This document shows, piece by piece, positions 28,265-36,612 of a stretch of DNA of 64,000 bases. How positions within the stretch are numbered: position 1 is the stretch's first letter; every line of letters begins with the position of its first letter. Both the position numbers and the translations under genes were made by a program. Source of the stretch: Desulfurococcales archaeon (lineage in GTDB: Archaea > Thermoproteota > Thermoprotei_A > Sulfolobales > NBVN01); assembly GCA_015523295.1 (NCBI GenBank), contig WAKQ01000011.1, positions 934 to 64,933 of the forward strand, in the 5' to 3' direction. The notes below the pieces were generated by a model, which saw only the letters and a list, made by a program, of their open reading frames with translations, made no database searches and was not told where the DNA came from.

Positions 28265-30211
28265 ATGGGGTTTACAGACCAAGTAAGGAGGAGAATAGTT
28301 GAGGAGATCTATAAGAACATTCCTAGAGACGCTCAAGTAGTCAATGTCGAGTTCGAAGGACCTGAAATAGCCGTGTACGTTGCCAATGTCGAGTTCATTA
28401 TGAAACATGAGGACATTGTTAAGTCTATAGCTAGAAGCATCAGAAAAAGAATAGTTGTTAGGGTTCATGAGTCCGCTAGATTGCAGGAACGGGAAGCATT
28501 GAAGAAGATTGTCAAGTTAGTCTCTCAAGTGTCGAAAATTAGTGAGGATAACGTAACCTTCGACAAAGTTCTTGGAGAGGTGGTCATCAGGGTTCCAGAC
28601 CCCAGGATATTCTTCCAGAATGGCAAGGAGCTTTTCAACAAGATTTTCTCTGAGACTGGATGGAGGCCTCGGCCTGTGAGAGAGCCTCCCTTAAAATCTA
28701 AGATCCTTGAATCCGCATTAAGGTTCTTGGTAGCTGAGGCTGATTACCGCAGGAAGGTCCTAAGGGCAGTAGGGGAGAGAATTCATCGTGAACCCATATT
28801 TAAGGATACATACTTGAGGATTACCGCTCTAGGAGGCTTCCAGGAGGTCGGTAGGTCAGCCATCCTTGTCGAGACTGCCGAATCTAAAATACTTATGGAC
28901 TTCGGGTATAATCCTTCTGCACCCCTCCTAAAGCAGACAATGCCTAGAATCGATGCGCTCGGGATAAAGCCGGAGGAGATAGATGCGGTTGTCTTAACAC
29001 ATGCACACCTGGATCATTGTGGTCTTATCCCGTTTCTATATAAGTACGGTTATGAAGGCCCTGTATACGCTACCCAGGCCACGCGTGACTTAATGGTTCT
29101 GCTGCAGCTAGATCTTCTGGATATATCTAAGCGGGAGGGGAAGCCCCTACCCTATGATGTGAAGGATGTCCATAAGGCATTACTTCATACAATTCCTCTA
29201 AGATACGGGGAGGTAACCGATATAGCCCCTGATGTCAGGCTGACATTATATGAGGCTGGTCACGTGCTGGGTTCTGCCATGGTTCACTTACATGTAGGGC
29301 AAGGTCTTCACAATATTGTCTACACGGGGGACTTTAAGTTCGGTAAGACGCGCCTCCTGAGAAAGGCAAATACCCAGTTCCCAAGGGTCGACACCCTCAT
29401 AATGGAGTCGACATATGGTGGGGTTGTCCAGCCTAATAGAGCTGAGGCTGAGGCAAAATTCATAGATATAATTAAGAGAACGGTTGAGAGGAAGGGTAAA
29501 GTACTCATCCCTGCATTGGCAGTTGGAAGAGCGCAGGAGGTCATGGTTATCATAGCTTTAGCCATGCAGTCAGGTCAGTTGCCTGAAATACCGGTATATA
29601 TTGAAGGAATGATTAATGAGGTCACAGCTATTCACACGGCGTATCCTGAGCTTCTATCTCGTGATATAAGGGAGAAGGTGTACTCCGGGCCTAGCGAGAA
29701 CCCATTTACTTACAAGGCATTTAAGGTAATGGAAGGTAAGACCGCTAGATCTGAGATAGTTGAGTCTGAGGAGCCATGCATAATTATAGCCACGTCGGGA
29801 ATGCTTACAGGCGGTCCTGCAGTCGAGTACTTCAGGCTGATGGCACCAGACCCTAAAAACTCCCTCATCTTCGTCAATTATCAGGTTGAGGGGACATTAG
29901 GACGTAAGGTAAGAGACGGCTTGAAAAACGTCAACGTGGTTGTAGGCGATAAGCTTGAGACAGTCTCAATAAACATGGAGGTTTACTCAGTAGAAGGATT
30001 TTCAGGTCATTCAGATCATAAGCAGCTCCTAGCATATCTTGCCTACATAAACCCAAAACCTAAGAGAGTGATTTTGAACCATGGTGAGCCCCAAGCCATA
30101 AAAGCCCTAGCATCCTCAATCCTTAACAAAAAATTCAAAAGCAAGGTATTCCCGCAAGGACTGGAGCTCTATACTCCAAGGGTACTCGACGCCCTTGCTC
30201 TTGTGAACTAA
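28265..30211 (+). CDS. aCPSF1/FttA: KH-domain beta-CASP metallo-beta-lactamase ribonuclease (archaeal transcription termination factor)
   Basis: About 180 aa of N-terminal KH-like region, the HxHxDH motif THAHLDHCG and beta-CASP blocks (ESTYG, GFSGHSD). Adjacency to psmB is a conserved archaeal pair. Confidence 0.9.
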   Translation: MGFTDQVRRRIVEEIYKNIPRDAQVVNVEFEGPEIAVYVANVEFIMKHEDIVKSIARSIRKRIVVRVHESARLQEREALKKIVKLVSQVSKISEDNVTFDKVLGEVVIRVPDPRIFFQNGKELFNKIFSETGWRPRPVREPPLKSKILESALRFLVAEADYRRKVLRAVGERIHREPIFKDTYLRITALGGFQEVGRSAILVETAESKILMDFGYNPSAPLLKQTMPRIDALGIKPEEIDAVVLTHAHLDHCGLIPFLYKYGYEGPVYATQATRDLMVLLQLDLLDISKREGKPLPYDVKDVHKALLHTIPLRYGEVTDIAPDVRLTLYEAGHVLGSAMVHLHVGQGLHNIVYTGDFKFGKTRLLRKANTQFPRVDTLIMESTYGGVVQPNRAEAEAKFIDIIKRTVERKGKVLIPALAVGRAQEVMVIIALAMQSGQLPEIPVYIEGMINEVTAIHTAYPELLSRDIREKVYSGPSENPFTYKAFKVMEGKTARSEIVESEEPCIIIATSGMLTGGPAVEYFRLMAPDPKNSLIFVNYQVEGTLGRKVRDGLKNVNVVVGDKLETVSINMEVYSVEGFSGHSDHKQLLAYLAYINPKPKRVILNHGEPQAIKALASSILNKKFKSKVFPQGLELYTPRVLDALALVN

Positions 30212-30522
30212 GCTCTACGAAGGAAGCAGGCTTTCATACCCTAAACCCTTACGAATTAAAAAGAACTGCATAATATCCGTTAACTTGAACCTTATCCGTA
30301 TTTCATTAGATGTGAACTAGACTCCATCCTCCAGTTTAAGCTGTTGCCCCAGCTATAGAGAGAAGGCAAGGTGAGGTACCACGATCTCGCGATTAAGAGG
30401 ATAAGAAGCGGATTGCACGTTTACGAACAAGTGAAATTGACGGCAGGTTGGTGGTAAAGTACATGGACTCGCTGGAAGACATAGCTAAGTGTTGCCCAGT
30501 CCAATATTATGGAAGGGTTGGA

Positions 30523-30599
<77 letters not shown>

Positions 30600-30621
30600 G
30601 AAATCCTTAACCTAAACTTAC

Positions 30622-30627
30622 TTATAA
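30622..30627 (-). promoter_or_regulatory. TATA-box candidate for tRNA-Ala
   Basis: TTATAA lies 23-28 nt upstream of tRNA position +1 (30599). Confidence 0.4.
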
Positions 30628-30654
30628 CTATTACCTATTTCTTTATGTGTTTCT

Positions 30655-31164
30655 TCATTTCTTCCGCTGCTTAAGGAAATTTATCATTATGTTCCAGATT
30701 TTGTCTCCCGCATAATGAAGGGTCTTGACGGCCTTTCCTTTTTTGTTTACCTTTATCTCGCTGGAATTCAGCAAGGCTTTGCCTACTGCAAGAACGGCGT
30801 TCCTCCCTATATTCCATACAGCAACTATCTCTCCTCTGCTAAAATCGCTCAGCTCTTTAATCCCTGGAATCATTACGTCAGCACCGTTCAGAATATGAGG
30901 TACTGCCCCCTCATCCACTATTACATAGGGGAATGCGTCTATGCCGAATTTCTTCACTAAAAGGATTGTGGGCAGTAGTTCGCTCATATACTTATCCGTT
31001 ATGAATGATGGATCGTTGTCCAGCACCAAGATTTTCAGTTCGTCTTCCTCAATTATGTATGCCTTCTTAATATCGTTCAGATATCCGCAAAGGGCAGGAA
31101 ATTTTCTACATGCTCTGCCCCTTATCTCTGAGACCTCCTTTTTCCGAAGAGGGTAGAACCTCAT
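30655..31164 (-). CDS. PUA-domain RNA-binding protein (Tma20/MCT-1-like, COG2016 type)
   Basis: The C-terminal half DEGAVPHILNGADVMIPGI...GEIVAVWN..NAVLAVGKAL is PUA-like. The protein is 169 aa. Confidence 0.55.
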   Translation of the reverse strand: MRFYPLRKKEVSEIRGRACRKFPALCGYLNDIKKAYIIEEDELKILVLDNDPSFITDKYMSELLPTILLVKKFGIDAFPYVIVDEGAVPHILNGADVMIPGIKELSDFSRGEIVAVWNIGRNAVLAVGKALLNSSEIKVNKKGKAVKTLHYAGDKIWNIMINFLKQRKK

Positions 31165-31226
31165 CCTCCAACCTCGATTTAAATGTTAGTGAGTATCATA
31201 CCTCATTATATTGGGGAACGCATAGC

Positions 31227-31234
31227 TTATAAAA
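31227..31234 (+). promoter_or_regulatory. TATA-box candidate for the LSm-L37e operon
   Basis: TTATAAAA ends 31 nt before the GTG start at 31265, which is consistent with a leaderless or near-leaderless mRNA. Confidence 0.45.
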
Positions 31235-31264
31235 TGGTAACCCTCCTTTCTTTAGGGAATAAAT

Positions 31265-31483
31265 GTGAGTGATGCAGCTCAAAGGTTACTTAGTGAAAAC
31301 TTGGGTGGATCGGTGCTTGTAAGATTAAGGGGTGGTAGGGTTTTAAGAGGGATTTTACGTAGCTTTGACCAGCATCTTAACATAGTGCTGGATGATGCGG
31401 AGGAAGTCCTCTCTGAGGGTAGTAAGAAGCTGGGTATGGTCATAATAAGAGGGGAGAATGTGGTGTTTATCTCTCCAGCATAA
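31265..31483 (+). CDS. Sm-like archaeal protein (SmAP/LSm)
   Basis: Sm1 is VLVRLRGGRVLRGILRSFDQHLNIVLDDAEE and Sm2 is VIIRGENVVFISP. Confidence 0.85.
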   Translation: MSDAAQRLLSENLGGSVLVRLRGGRVLRGILRSFDQHLNIVLDDAEEVLSEGSKKLGMVIIRGENVVFISPA

Positions 31484-31503
31484 TATGTGTGGGGTAAGTG
31501 AGG

Positions 31504-31689
31504 ATGAAGGGAACGCCCTCAATGGGTAAGAGGAACAGGAATAAAACTCATATAAGATGCAGGAGATGTGGCAGGCATTCCTTCAATGTCGCTAAAGGGT
31601 ATTGCGTTGCCTGTGGGTTTGGCAGGTCGAAGAGAATCAGGAGGTATTCGTGGGCGGCTAAAAAAGTTAATAGGGTTAGGGTAAAGTAG
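31504..31689 (+). CDS. rpl37e: 50S ribosomal protein L37e
   Basis: [38 protein letters not shown] carries a C4 zinc ribbon. This is the conserved LSm-L37e pair. The start is at ATG 31504. Confidence 0.85.
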   Translation: MKGTPSMGKRNRNKTHIRCRRCGRHSFNVAKGYCVACGFGRSKRIRRYSWAAKKVNRVRVK

Positions 31690-31766
31690 TTGCTATGTTA
31701 AATGCCTAGAGTGAATCCTGTTGATTCCTTGCACGTATCTGAAGGATAGGTTAAAGGTGTCTTAAG

Positions 31767-32039
31767 GTGGGGTTAAAGAAAATCGTGCTAGACGTGTTGA
31801 AGCCTTTGAAAGGGCATTCGATACCTACATTTGCTGAGGCGATCTCAGACGTGGAAGGGGTTAGAAGAGTTAGCGTAATAGTTAATGAGATCGATGTTGA
31901 AACTGTTACGCTGACCGTCACTGTTGAAGGCCCACATATTAATTATGCAGAGCTCAGGAACACTATTGAGAGATTGGGTGCGGTCATTCACAGCGTAGAT
32001 CAGGTGATTGTCGAGTCAGAAGAGGAGGAAGAAGAGTAA
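31767..32039 (+). CDS. DUF211-family protein
   Basis: KIVLDVLKP...GVRRVSVIVNEIDVETVTLTVTVEG..INYAELRNTIERLGAVIHSVDQV fits the DUF211 (COG1888) pattern from memory. Confidence 0.5.
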   Translation: MGLKKIVLDVLKPLKGHSIPTFAEAISDVEGVRRVSVIVNEIDVETVTLTVTVEGPHINYAELRNTIERLGAVIHSVDQVIVESEEEEEE

Positions 32040-32042
32040 AGG

Positions 32043-33203
32043 ATGATACTGCTCCAAATAATACTGGCTCTGTTTATTTCACGTGTAATAGCCTTACTAC
32101 TGAATAAAGCATATGTGCCGGGTATAACCTCATATATTTTAACGGGAATAATTTTAGGTCCCTATGTTCTCGGATTAATAACTGACGTGAGTCCAGATGT
32201 ACTAGTTAATTTTTCAATCATCTTACTTTTCTTTTACTCAGGACTCAACGTCGATTTTAAAGGGTTAGGCGGGTATCTCAAAGAAGCCCTCATAACTACT
32301 TTAAGCAGCGCAGGCATCACTTTAGCAATTACATTAGGAGTAATGATGTATCTTAACTACCCGCTGATATCATCCCTCGTTATAGGAGTTTCCATAGCTA
32401 ATACCGCTACCGAGGTTGTTGTAGTGATGTTAAAGTATATTAGCGGTATTAGCGACGAGTTCCGCCGTGTGCTCATAATGTCCTCATTTTTAGATGATCT
32501 TATCGCCGTAGGGTTTATTGGTGTGTTAAGGGGGGCAATTCTCGGCAATTACCTTTCCGTGGTCTCCGAGATCGGTGAGTTAATCATTTTTCTCACAGCA
32601 GCCACGGGTTTAATGTACCTTATCACGAAAAAGCTCAGTAGATTGATATACCCCCTCATCATCAACTGGGACTACCTCCTCATACTTTCGTCAGCGATAC
32701 TCTTCGGAACCGTATATTTTGCAATGATCGTGGGTGTAGGAGAGATATACGGTGCCTACATTGCAGGACTTGCGGTAAGCATGCTGAGGTTGGTGAAGGA
32801 TCCCACCCTAGTTTATAATGTGAGGGTTGAGGAACTAGTCAGTAGGATGACTACAGTCTTAGAATTCTTCATCGTGCCTGTTTTCTTCATTTTCATAGGC
32901 GCTAAAACTGACGTCTTCACAATGTTCTCTAACGTAACGGCTTTAGTTCTCACATTGGCTTTAGTTGGAAAGTTCTTGGGGGCAGGCCTGCCCTGGTTTG
33001 TCAAGAAGGAATATAGCTACGGCTCGCTCATGGGAGTGGCAATGAATGTCAGAGGATCTCTTGAACCGGCGGTGGTGCTTGTAGCGCTTGAGAGAGGACT
33101 GATTACCACAAGCATGTTCACCGCAGTGGTCTCTGTATCTCTTATAACTTCAGCTGCAGTGCCCATAGTTCTTAAGGTATTAACAAGGTATGTAGAAGCT
33201 TGA
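32043..33203 (+). CDS. Cation:proton antiporter (CPA2/Kef-type membrane protein)
   Basis: The 386-aa protein has about 10-12 hydrophobic segments. Its N-terminus (ILLQIILALFISRVIALLL...PGITSYILTGIILGP) is typical of Na+/H+ or K+/H+ exchanger family proteins. Confidence 0.7.
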   Translation: MILLQIILALFISRVIALLLNKAYVPGITSYILTGIILGPYVLGLITDVSPDVLVNFSIILLFFYSGLNVDFKGLGGYLKEALITTLSSAGITLAITLGVMMYLNYPLISSLVIGVSIANTATEVVVVMLKYISGISDEFRRVLIMSSFLDDLIAVGFIGVLRGAILGNYLSVVSEIGELIIFLTAATGLMYLITKKLSRLIYPLIINWDYLLILSSAILFGTVYFAMIVGVGEIYGAYIAGLAVSMLRLVKDPTLVYNVRVEELVSRMTTVLEFFIVPVFFIFIGAKTDVFTMFSNVTALVLTLALVGKFLGAGLPWFVKKEYSYGSLMGVAMNVRGSLEPAVVLVALERGLITTSMFTAVVSVSLITSAAVPIVLKVLTRYVEA

Positions 33204-33246
33204 AAACAGTAAGTAGGTTATCCCTTAAATTCAACCTACATAACAT

Positions 33247-34482
33247 TTGAAACAGGTGGAGATGCTTATGTCTGATGAACGTGACTTGGTATTCGACACA
33301 TTAGAGAGGATGTCCTCGGATATTTTTATTGATAGAGACGTTTTAAGGCCGGACTACGTGCCTGAGGTATTACCGCATAGAGAGGGTGAGATTAAGAGGT
33401 TAACGGAGGTATTGGCCCCTATCTTAAGGAGGGAAAGGCCGAGCAATATATTCATATACGGCTTAACAGGGACTGGGAAGACTGCCGTAGTGCGTTACGT
33501 GTTAAGGAGATTTGAAGATTACGCTAGGAGAAAGAGGTTGAGCCATATAGCCGTGGCCTACCTGAACTGCAGGCATGAGGATACTACTTACAGGGTGTTA
33601 ACGGAGCTGGCAAGGAGTTTGGGCGAGAGGCTACCCTTCACCGGTCTTTCAACGGCTGAGGTTTTTAAGAGGTTCAAGGAGGCGTTAGACGCTACTGGTA
33701 AGTCCTTAATAGCTGTTTTAGATGAGATTGACTTCCTAGTTAAGAAGAGGGGGGATGAGCTTCTCTACCGTTTAACAAGGGTTAATTCAGAGCTTAGCAA
33801 AGGTAAAGTGTCCCTGATAGGTATAACCAATGATGTCAGGTTTATGGAGGTGCTCGACCCAAGAGTTAAGTCAAGTCTAGGAGAGATCGAGATCGTGTTC
33901 TCCCCATATGATGCTGACCAGCTGAGGGATATCCTCAGAGAGCGGGCTGTTAAGGCATTTAAGAATGGGGTATTGGAGGAGGGTGTAATAGATTATTGTG
34001 CCTCAATTGCTGCAAGGGAACACGGCGACGCTAGAAGGGCACTCGATTTGTTGCGTGTTGCAGGCGAGATAGCTGAGAGGGAGGGCAGGAGGACCGTATC
34101 TGTAGAGGATGTAAGGAGAGCTAGGGAGGAGATAGAAAGAGACATGATAGTGGATGTGTCAAAGACGTTGCCTTTTCACGGGAAGCTAGTTCTCTTGGTG
34201 GTGGCCCTTGCAGGGGGTCGCTTCGACAGCACAGGAGATCTTTACATTAAGTATAGAGAACTCGCTAAGGGTTTGGGTGTTGAACCTGTCACGCAACGTA
34301 GAGTTTCAGATATAATAAGTGAGCTGGACATGCTAGGGATAGTGACCACTAAGATCATCAATAGAGGGAGGTACGGCAAGACACGTGAAGTGATTTTAAA
34401 CGCAGAACCTAATGCCCTGATAAAGGCGTTCAAAGATGACCCGAGGATCTCTTGGATATTTGGCAACTCTCGGTATAGATGA
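33247..34482 (+). CDS. cdc6: Orc1/Cdc6 replication initiator
   Basis: PDYVPEVLPHREGEI, Walker A GLTGTGKT, Walker B LDEIDFL, a sensor region and a C-terminal winged helix are present. ATG starts at 33262 or 33268 are more likely than TTG 33247. Confidence 0.9.
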   Translation: MKQVEMLMSDERDLVFDTLERMSSDIFIDRDVLRPDYVPEVLPHREGEIKRLTEVLAPILRRERPSNIFIYGLTGTGKTAVVRYVLRRFEDYARRKRLSHIAVAYLNCRHEDTTYRVLTELARSLGERLPFTGLSTAEVFKRFKEALDATGKSLIAVLDEIDFLVKKRGDELLYRLTRVNSELSKGKVSLIGITNDVRFMEVLDPRVKSSLGEIEIVFSPYDADQLRDILRERAVKAFKNGVLEEGVIDYCASIAAREHGDARRALDLLRVAGEIAEREGRRTVSVEDVRRAREEIERDMIVDVSKTLPFHGKLVLLVVALAGGRFDSTGDLYIKYRELAKGLGVEPVTQRRVSDIISELDMLGIVTTKIINRGRYGKTREVILNAEPNALIKAFKDDPRISWIFGNSRYR

Positions 34483-35128
34483 CGGTTACTTCCCGCTGAA
34501 ATATAAAGAAACAAAAGGGAAGACGCTTCTAGTGGGTGTCCTATGCCTTAGTACATTACCTAAGGGCCTTGCAGTCACTGAAGTTACTGTAGATGGGGAC
34601 GATGGAACAGAAAAAGCTGCTTATATCGTTCACGAGATCTTGAGAAAATATCCCAATGCCGGGTTAGACGCGTTATTCTTAGATGGAGTAACTGTTGCTG
34701 GGTTCAACATCATCGATCCTTCAAGAATTCATGAACTTCTAGGGCTTCCCGTGATCACCGTGTTCAAACACCCCCTTAACCTAGAAAAGGTTAGGATGGC
34801 CTTACAAACACACTTCCCTGAAGGGGGATGGAGGTATGAGGTGATCAGGGAGGCTTACTCATCAGGTAGGGAGGTCGTGACCAAATGGAGGAGGCTCATC
34901 ATTTCTTGCAAGGGTATCGGATGTTATGAAGCGGGGAGTCTTATCTCTGAATTGCAGGTGCAGGGGCCGCTTCCAGAACCTTTAAGGCTTGCAGATCTTG
35001 TGGCTTCAGGACTTACGAAGGAGAGCTGTTTACTAGATTTGTTAAACAGTGAAGGTAGTTACTCCTCCTCGCAATCACATATGCAGCCAACGTCTTCGCA
35101 GACTTCCTCCTCACCTTCAAGACATTGA
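34436..35128 (+). CDS. DUF99 (UPF0215) protein, endonuclease V-like fold family
   Basis: LGIDDGYF...LLVGVL...VTVDGDDGTEKA...LFLDGVTVAGFNIIDPSRIHELLGLPVITV matches DUF99. The last 40 aa or so are a Ser-rich low-complexity tail, antisense to the micro-ORF at 35059-35208. Confidence 0.7.
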   Translation: MTRGSLGYLATLGIDDGYFPLKYKETKGKTLLVGVLCLSTLPKGLAVTEVTVDGDDGTEKAAYIVHEILRKYPNAGLDALFLDGVTVAGFNIIDPSRIHELLGLPVITVFKHPLNLEKVRMALQTHFPEGGWRYEVIREAYSSGREVVTKWRRLIISCKGIGCYEAGSLISELQVQGPLPEPLRLADLVASGLTKESCLLDLLNSEGSYSSSQSHMQPTSSQTSSSPSRH

Positions 35129-35208
35129 GCCGCAAGTTGCTCTGCTTCATCTCTATCTGAAGCCTCAACCTTGAGATCACATTTACACCTGCAAGCAAAC
35201 TCAGCCAT
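35059..35208 (-). CDS. Candidate micro-protein: 49 aa, acidic, 8 Cys (CxCxC twice); not in the ORF track
   Basis: My own translation is MAEFACRCKCDLKVEASDRDEAEQLAAQCLEGEEEVCEDVGCICDCEEE*. A TATA-like TTTTAATTA (35252-35244) ends 36 nt upstream of the ATG, close to the spacing of other promoters here. There is no homology evidence. Confidence 0.3.
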   Translation of the reverse strand: MAEFACRCKCDLKVEASDRDEAEQLAAQCLEGEEEVCEDVGCICDCEEE

Positions 35209-35243
35209 TAAACCCCACCAAAGAAAATATTGTGCTAGGTCAC

Positions 35244-35252
35244 TAATTAAAA
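35244..35252 (-). promoter_or_regulatory. TATA-box candidate upstream of the Cys-rich micro-ORF
   Basis: TTTTAATTA on the minus strand lies 36-44 nt upstream of ATG 35208. Confidence 0.3.
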
Positions 35253-35591
35253 GTTGAGAGCTTAATTCTATGTGATTTTGAGAATTAAGTAAACCTCTTA
35301 AGATATAACCTTTTTTCTTCTCATTAGTTGTAGCTAGCTCTTCTATATCTCTTCCCCCGCATAGACCTTAGCGAAACTGAGTTTTCTTGCCTTATCCCAG
35401 ATCATCATTATGTAAAGATATTTCTTTCCACTATTCATCACATTCTATAGAGCATGAACCTCTGCCCCATGCTCTTGCCCCAGACATAAGGGAATAGGTA
35501 ATCCTTTTTGCGAGCGCAAACCAAATCCCTATGAAGATATTTGAGGTACATCAATACCTTAATCTATTGCTCTAGGTTAGAAGTTGTTTTT

Positions 35592-35679
35592 TGGTGCGGG
35601 GGGTGGGATTCGAACCCACGCAGGCCTACGCCATCGGGGCCTCAGCCCGACCCCTTTGACCTTGCTCGGGCACCCCCGC
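35592..35679 (-). tRNA. tRNA-Leu (anticodon GAG), long variable arm, CCA encoded
   Basis: Hand-folded sequence: GCGGGGG-TG-CCCGAGCAAGGTCAAAGGGG-TCGGG CTGAGGC CCCGA-TGGCGTAGGCCTGCG-TGGG TTCGAAT CCCA-CCCCCGC-A-CCA. It is 88 nt with no intron. Confidence 0.9.
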
Positions 35680-35772
35680 TCCAATGACTTGATGGACTCG
35701 GAGGCTTAAAACCGTTTCTAGATTGATTCTTTTTTATAGGTTTCTTTGATAGTGTTTGATGGTGTGTAGGTT

Positions 35773-36588
35773 TTGCTGGTTGAGCCTCCAACAAGTGCAG
35801 AGATAGGGATTATAGGTGGCAGTGGCCTCTACGATCCTTCAATGGTTGAAGATGTTAAGGAGTATAAATTATTCACGCCTTGGGGTAACCCGTCAGATAA
35901 CATAATGGTGGGATGGCTAGGTGGCAGGAGGGTCGCTTTCCTTCCACGGCATGGGAGGAAACATAAATATCCTCCACATAAAGTAAATTATCATGCGAAC
36001 ATATGGGCATTGAAATCCATAGGAGTTAGGTGGATTATCGCTGTAAGTGCTGTTGGCTCCTTGAGGGATGACTTCAGGCCAGGTGATATTGTAATACCAG
36101 ACCAATTTATTGATATGACGAAAAGTAGGAAGTATTCATTCTTTGATGGCCCTGTAGTGGCTCATGTGTCGATGGCTGATCCCTTCTGCCCAGTGTTAAG
36201 GAGAATTCTAAAAGACACTGCGGACTTCTTAGACCTTCGCTACCATGATAAGGGAACATATGTGTGCATCGAGGGCCCCCGCTTCTCGACTCGTGCCGAG
36301 TCCGTGATATGGAAAAACGTGTTTAAAGCAGATATTGTTGGGATGACTCTCGTTCCAGAGGTTAACCTTGCAAGGGAGGCAGGCATTCACTATGCGACAT
36401 TAGCTCTAGTAACTGATTACGATGTCTGGGCTGATAAGCCGGTTACCGCTGAAGAGGTCGCTAAGGTCATGTCTCAGAATGTTGAGAAGGCTAAACGCAT
36501 AATAGAGAACGCCATACCGAAAATTCCAGGGATTCACGAAAAGGTTAACGACGGATGTGAATCCAGCCTCAAAGACGCTTTAGTATAG
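35773..36588 (+). CDS. mtnP: 5'-Methylthioadenosine phosphorylase
   Basis: [34 protein letters not shown] and VGMTLVPE are present. It has a TTG start. Confidence 0.85.
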   Translation: MLVEPPTSAEIGIIGGSGLYDPSMVEDVKEYKLFTPWGNPSDNIMVGWLGGRRVAFLPRHGRKHKYPPHKVNYHANIWALKSIGVRWIIAVSAVGSLRDDFRPGDIVIPDQFIDMTKSRKYSFFDGPVVAHVSMADPFCPVLRRILKDTADFLDLRYHDKGTYVCIEGPRFSTRAESVIWKNVFKADIVGMTLVPEVNLAREAGIHYATLALVTDYDVWADKPVTAEEVAKVMSQNVEKAKRIIENAIPKIPGIHEKVNDGCESSLKDALV

Positions 36589-36612
36589 CCTAGATTGTGG
36601 AGATGAGCTATC

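Noticed and set aside
30212-30522. RNase P RNA (type T) or SRP RNA hidden in the long spacer
   Set aside because: There are no GGAAAGTCC-like (CR-I) or other conserved RNase P or SRP motifs. The G+C content is not elevated as it is in the rRNA and tRNAs here, and no extended helices are evident.
35343-35441. 32-aa minus-strand ORF (V/M)MNSGKKYLYIMMIWDKARKLSFAKVYAGEEI in the long spacer
   Set aside because: It is very short, has no recognisable motif, no well-placed TATA box and no second line of evidence. It could be a gene remnant but cannot be supported.
33204-35591. Replication origin next to orc1/cdc6
   Set aside because: I looked for ORB or mini-ORB repeats (TCCAGTGGAAA-like) on both sides of the gene. 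I found only one partial match, TTTCCACTATT at about 35425, and no repeated inverted set. The upstream spacer is only 43 bp. This is insufficient to call an origin.
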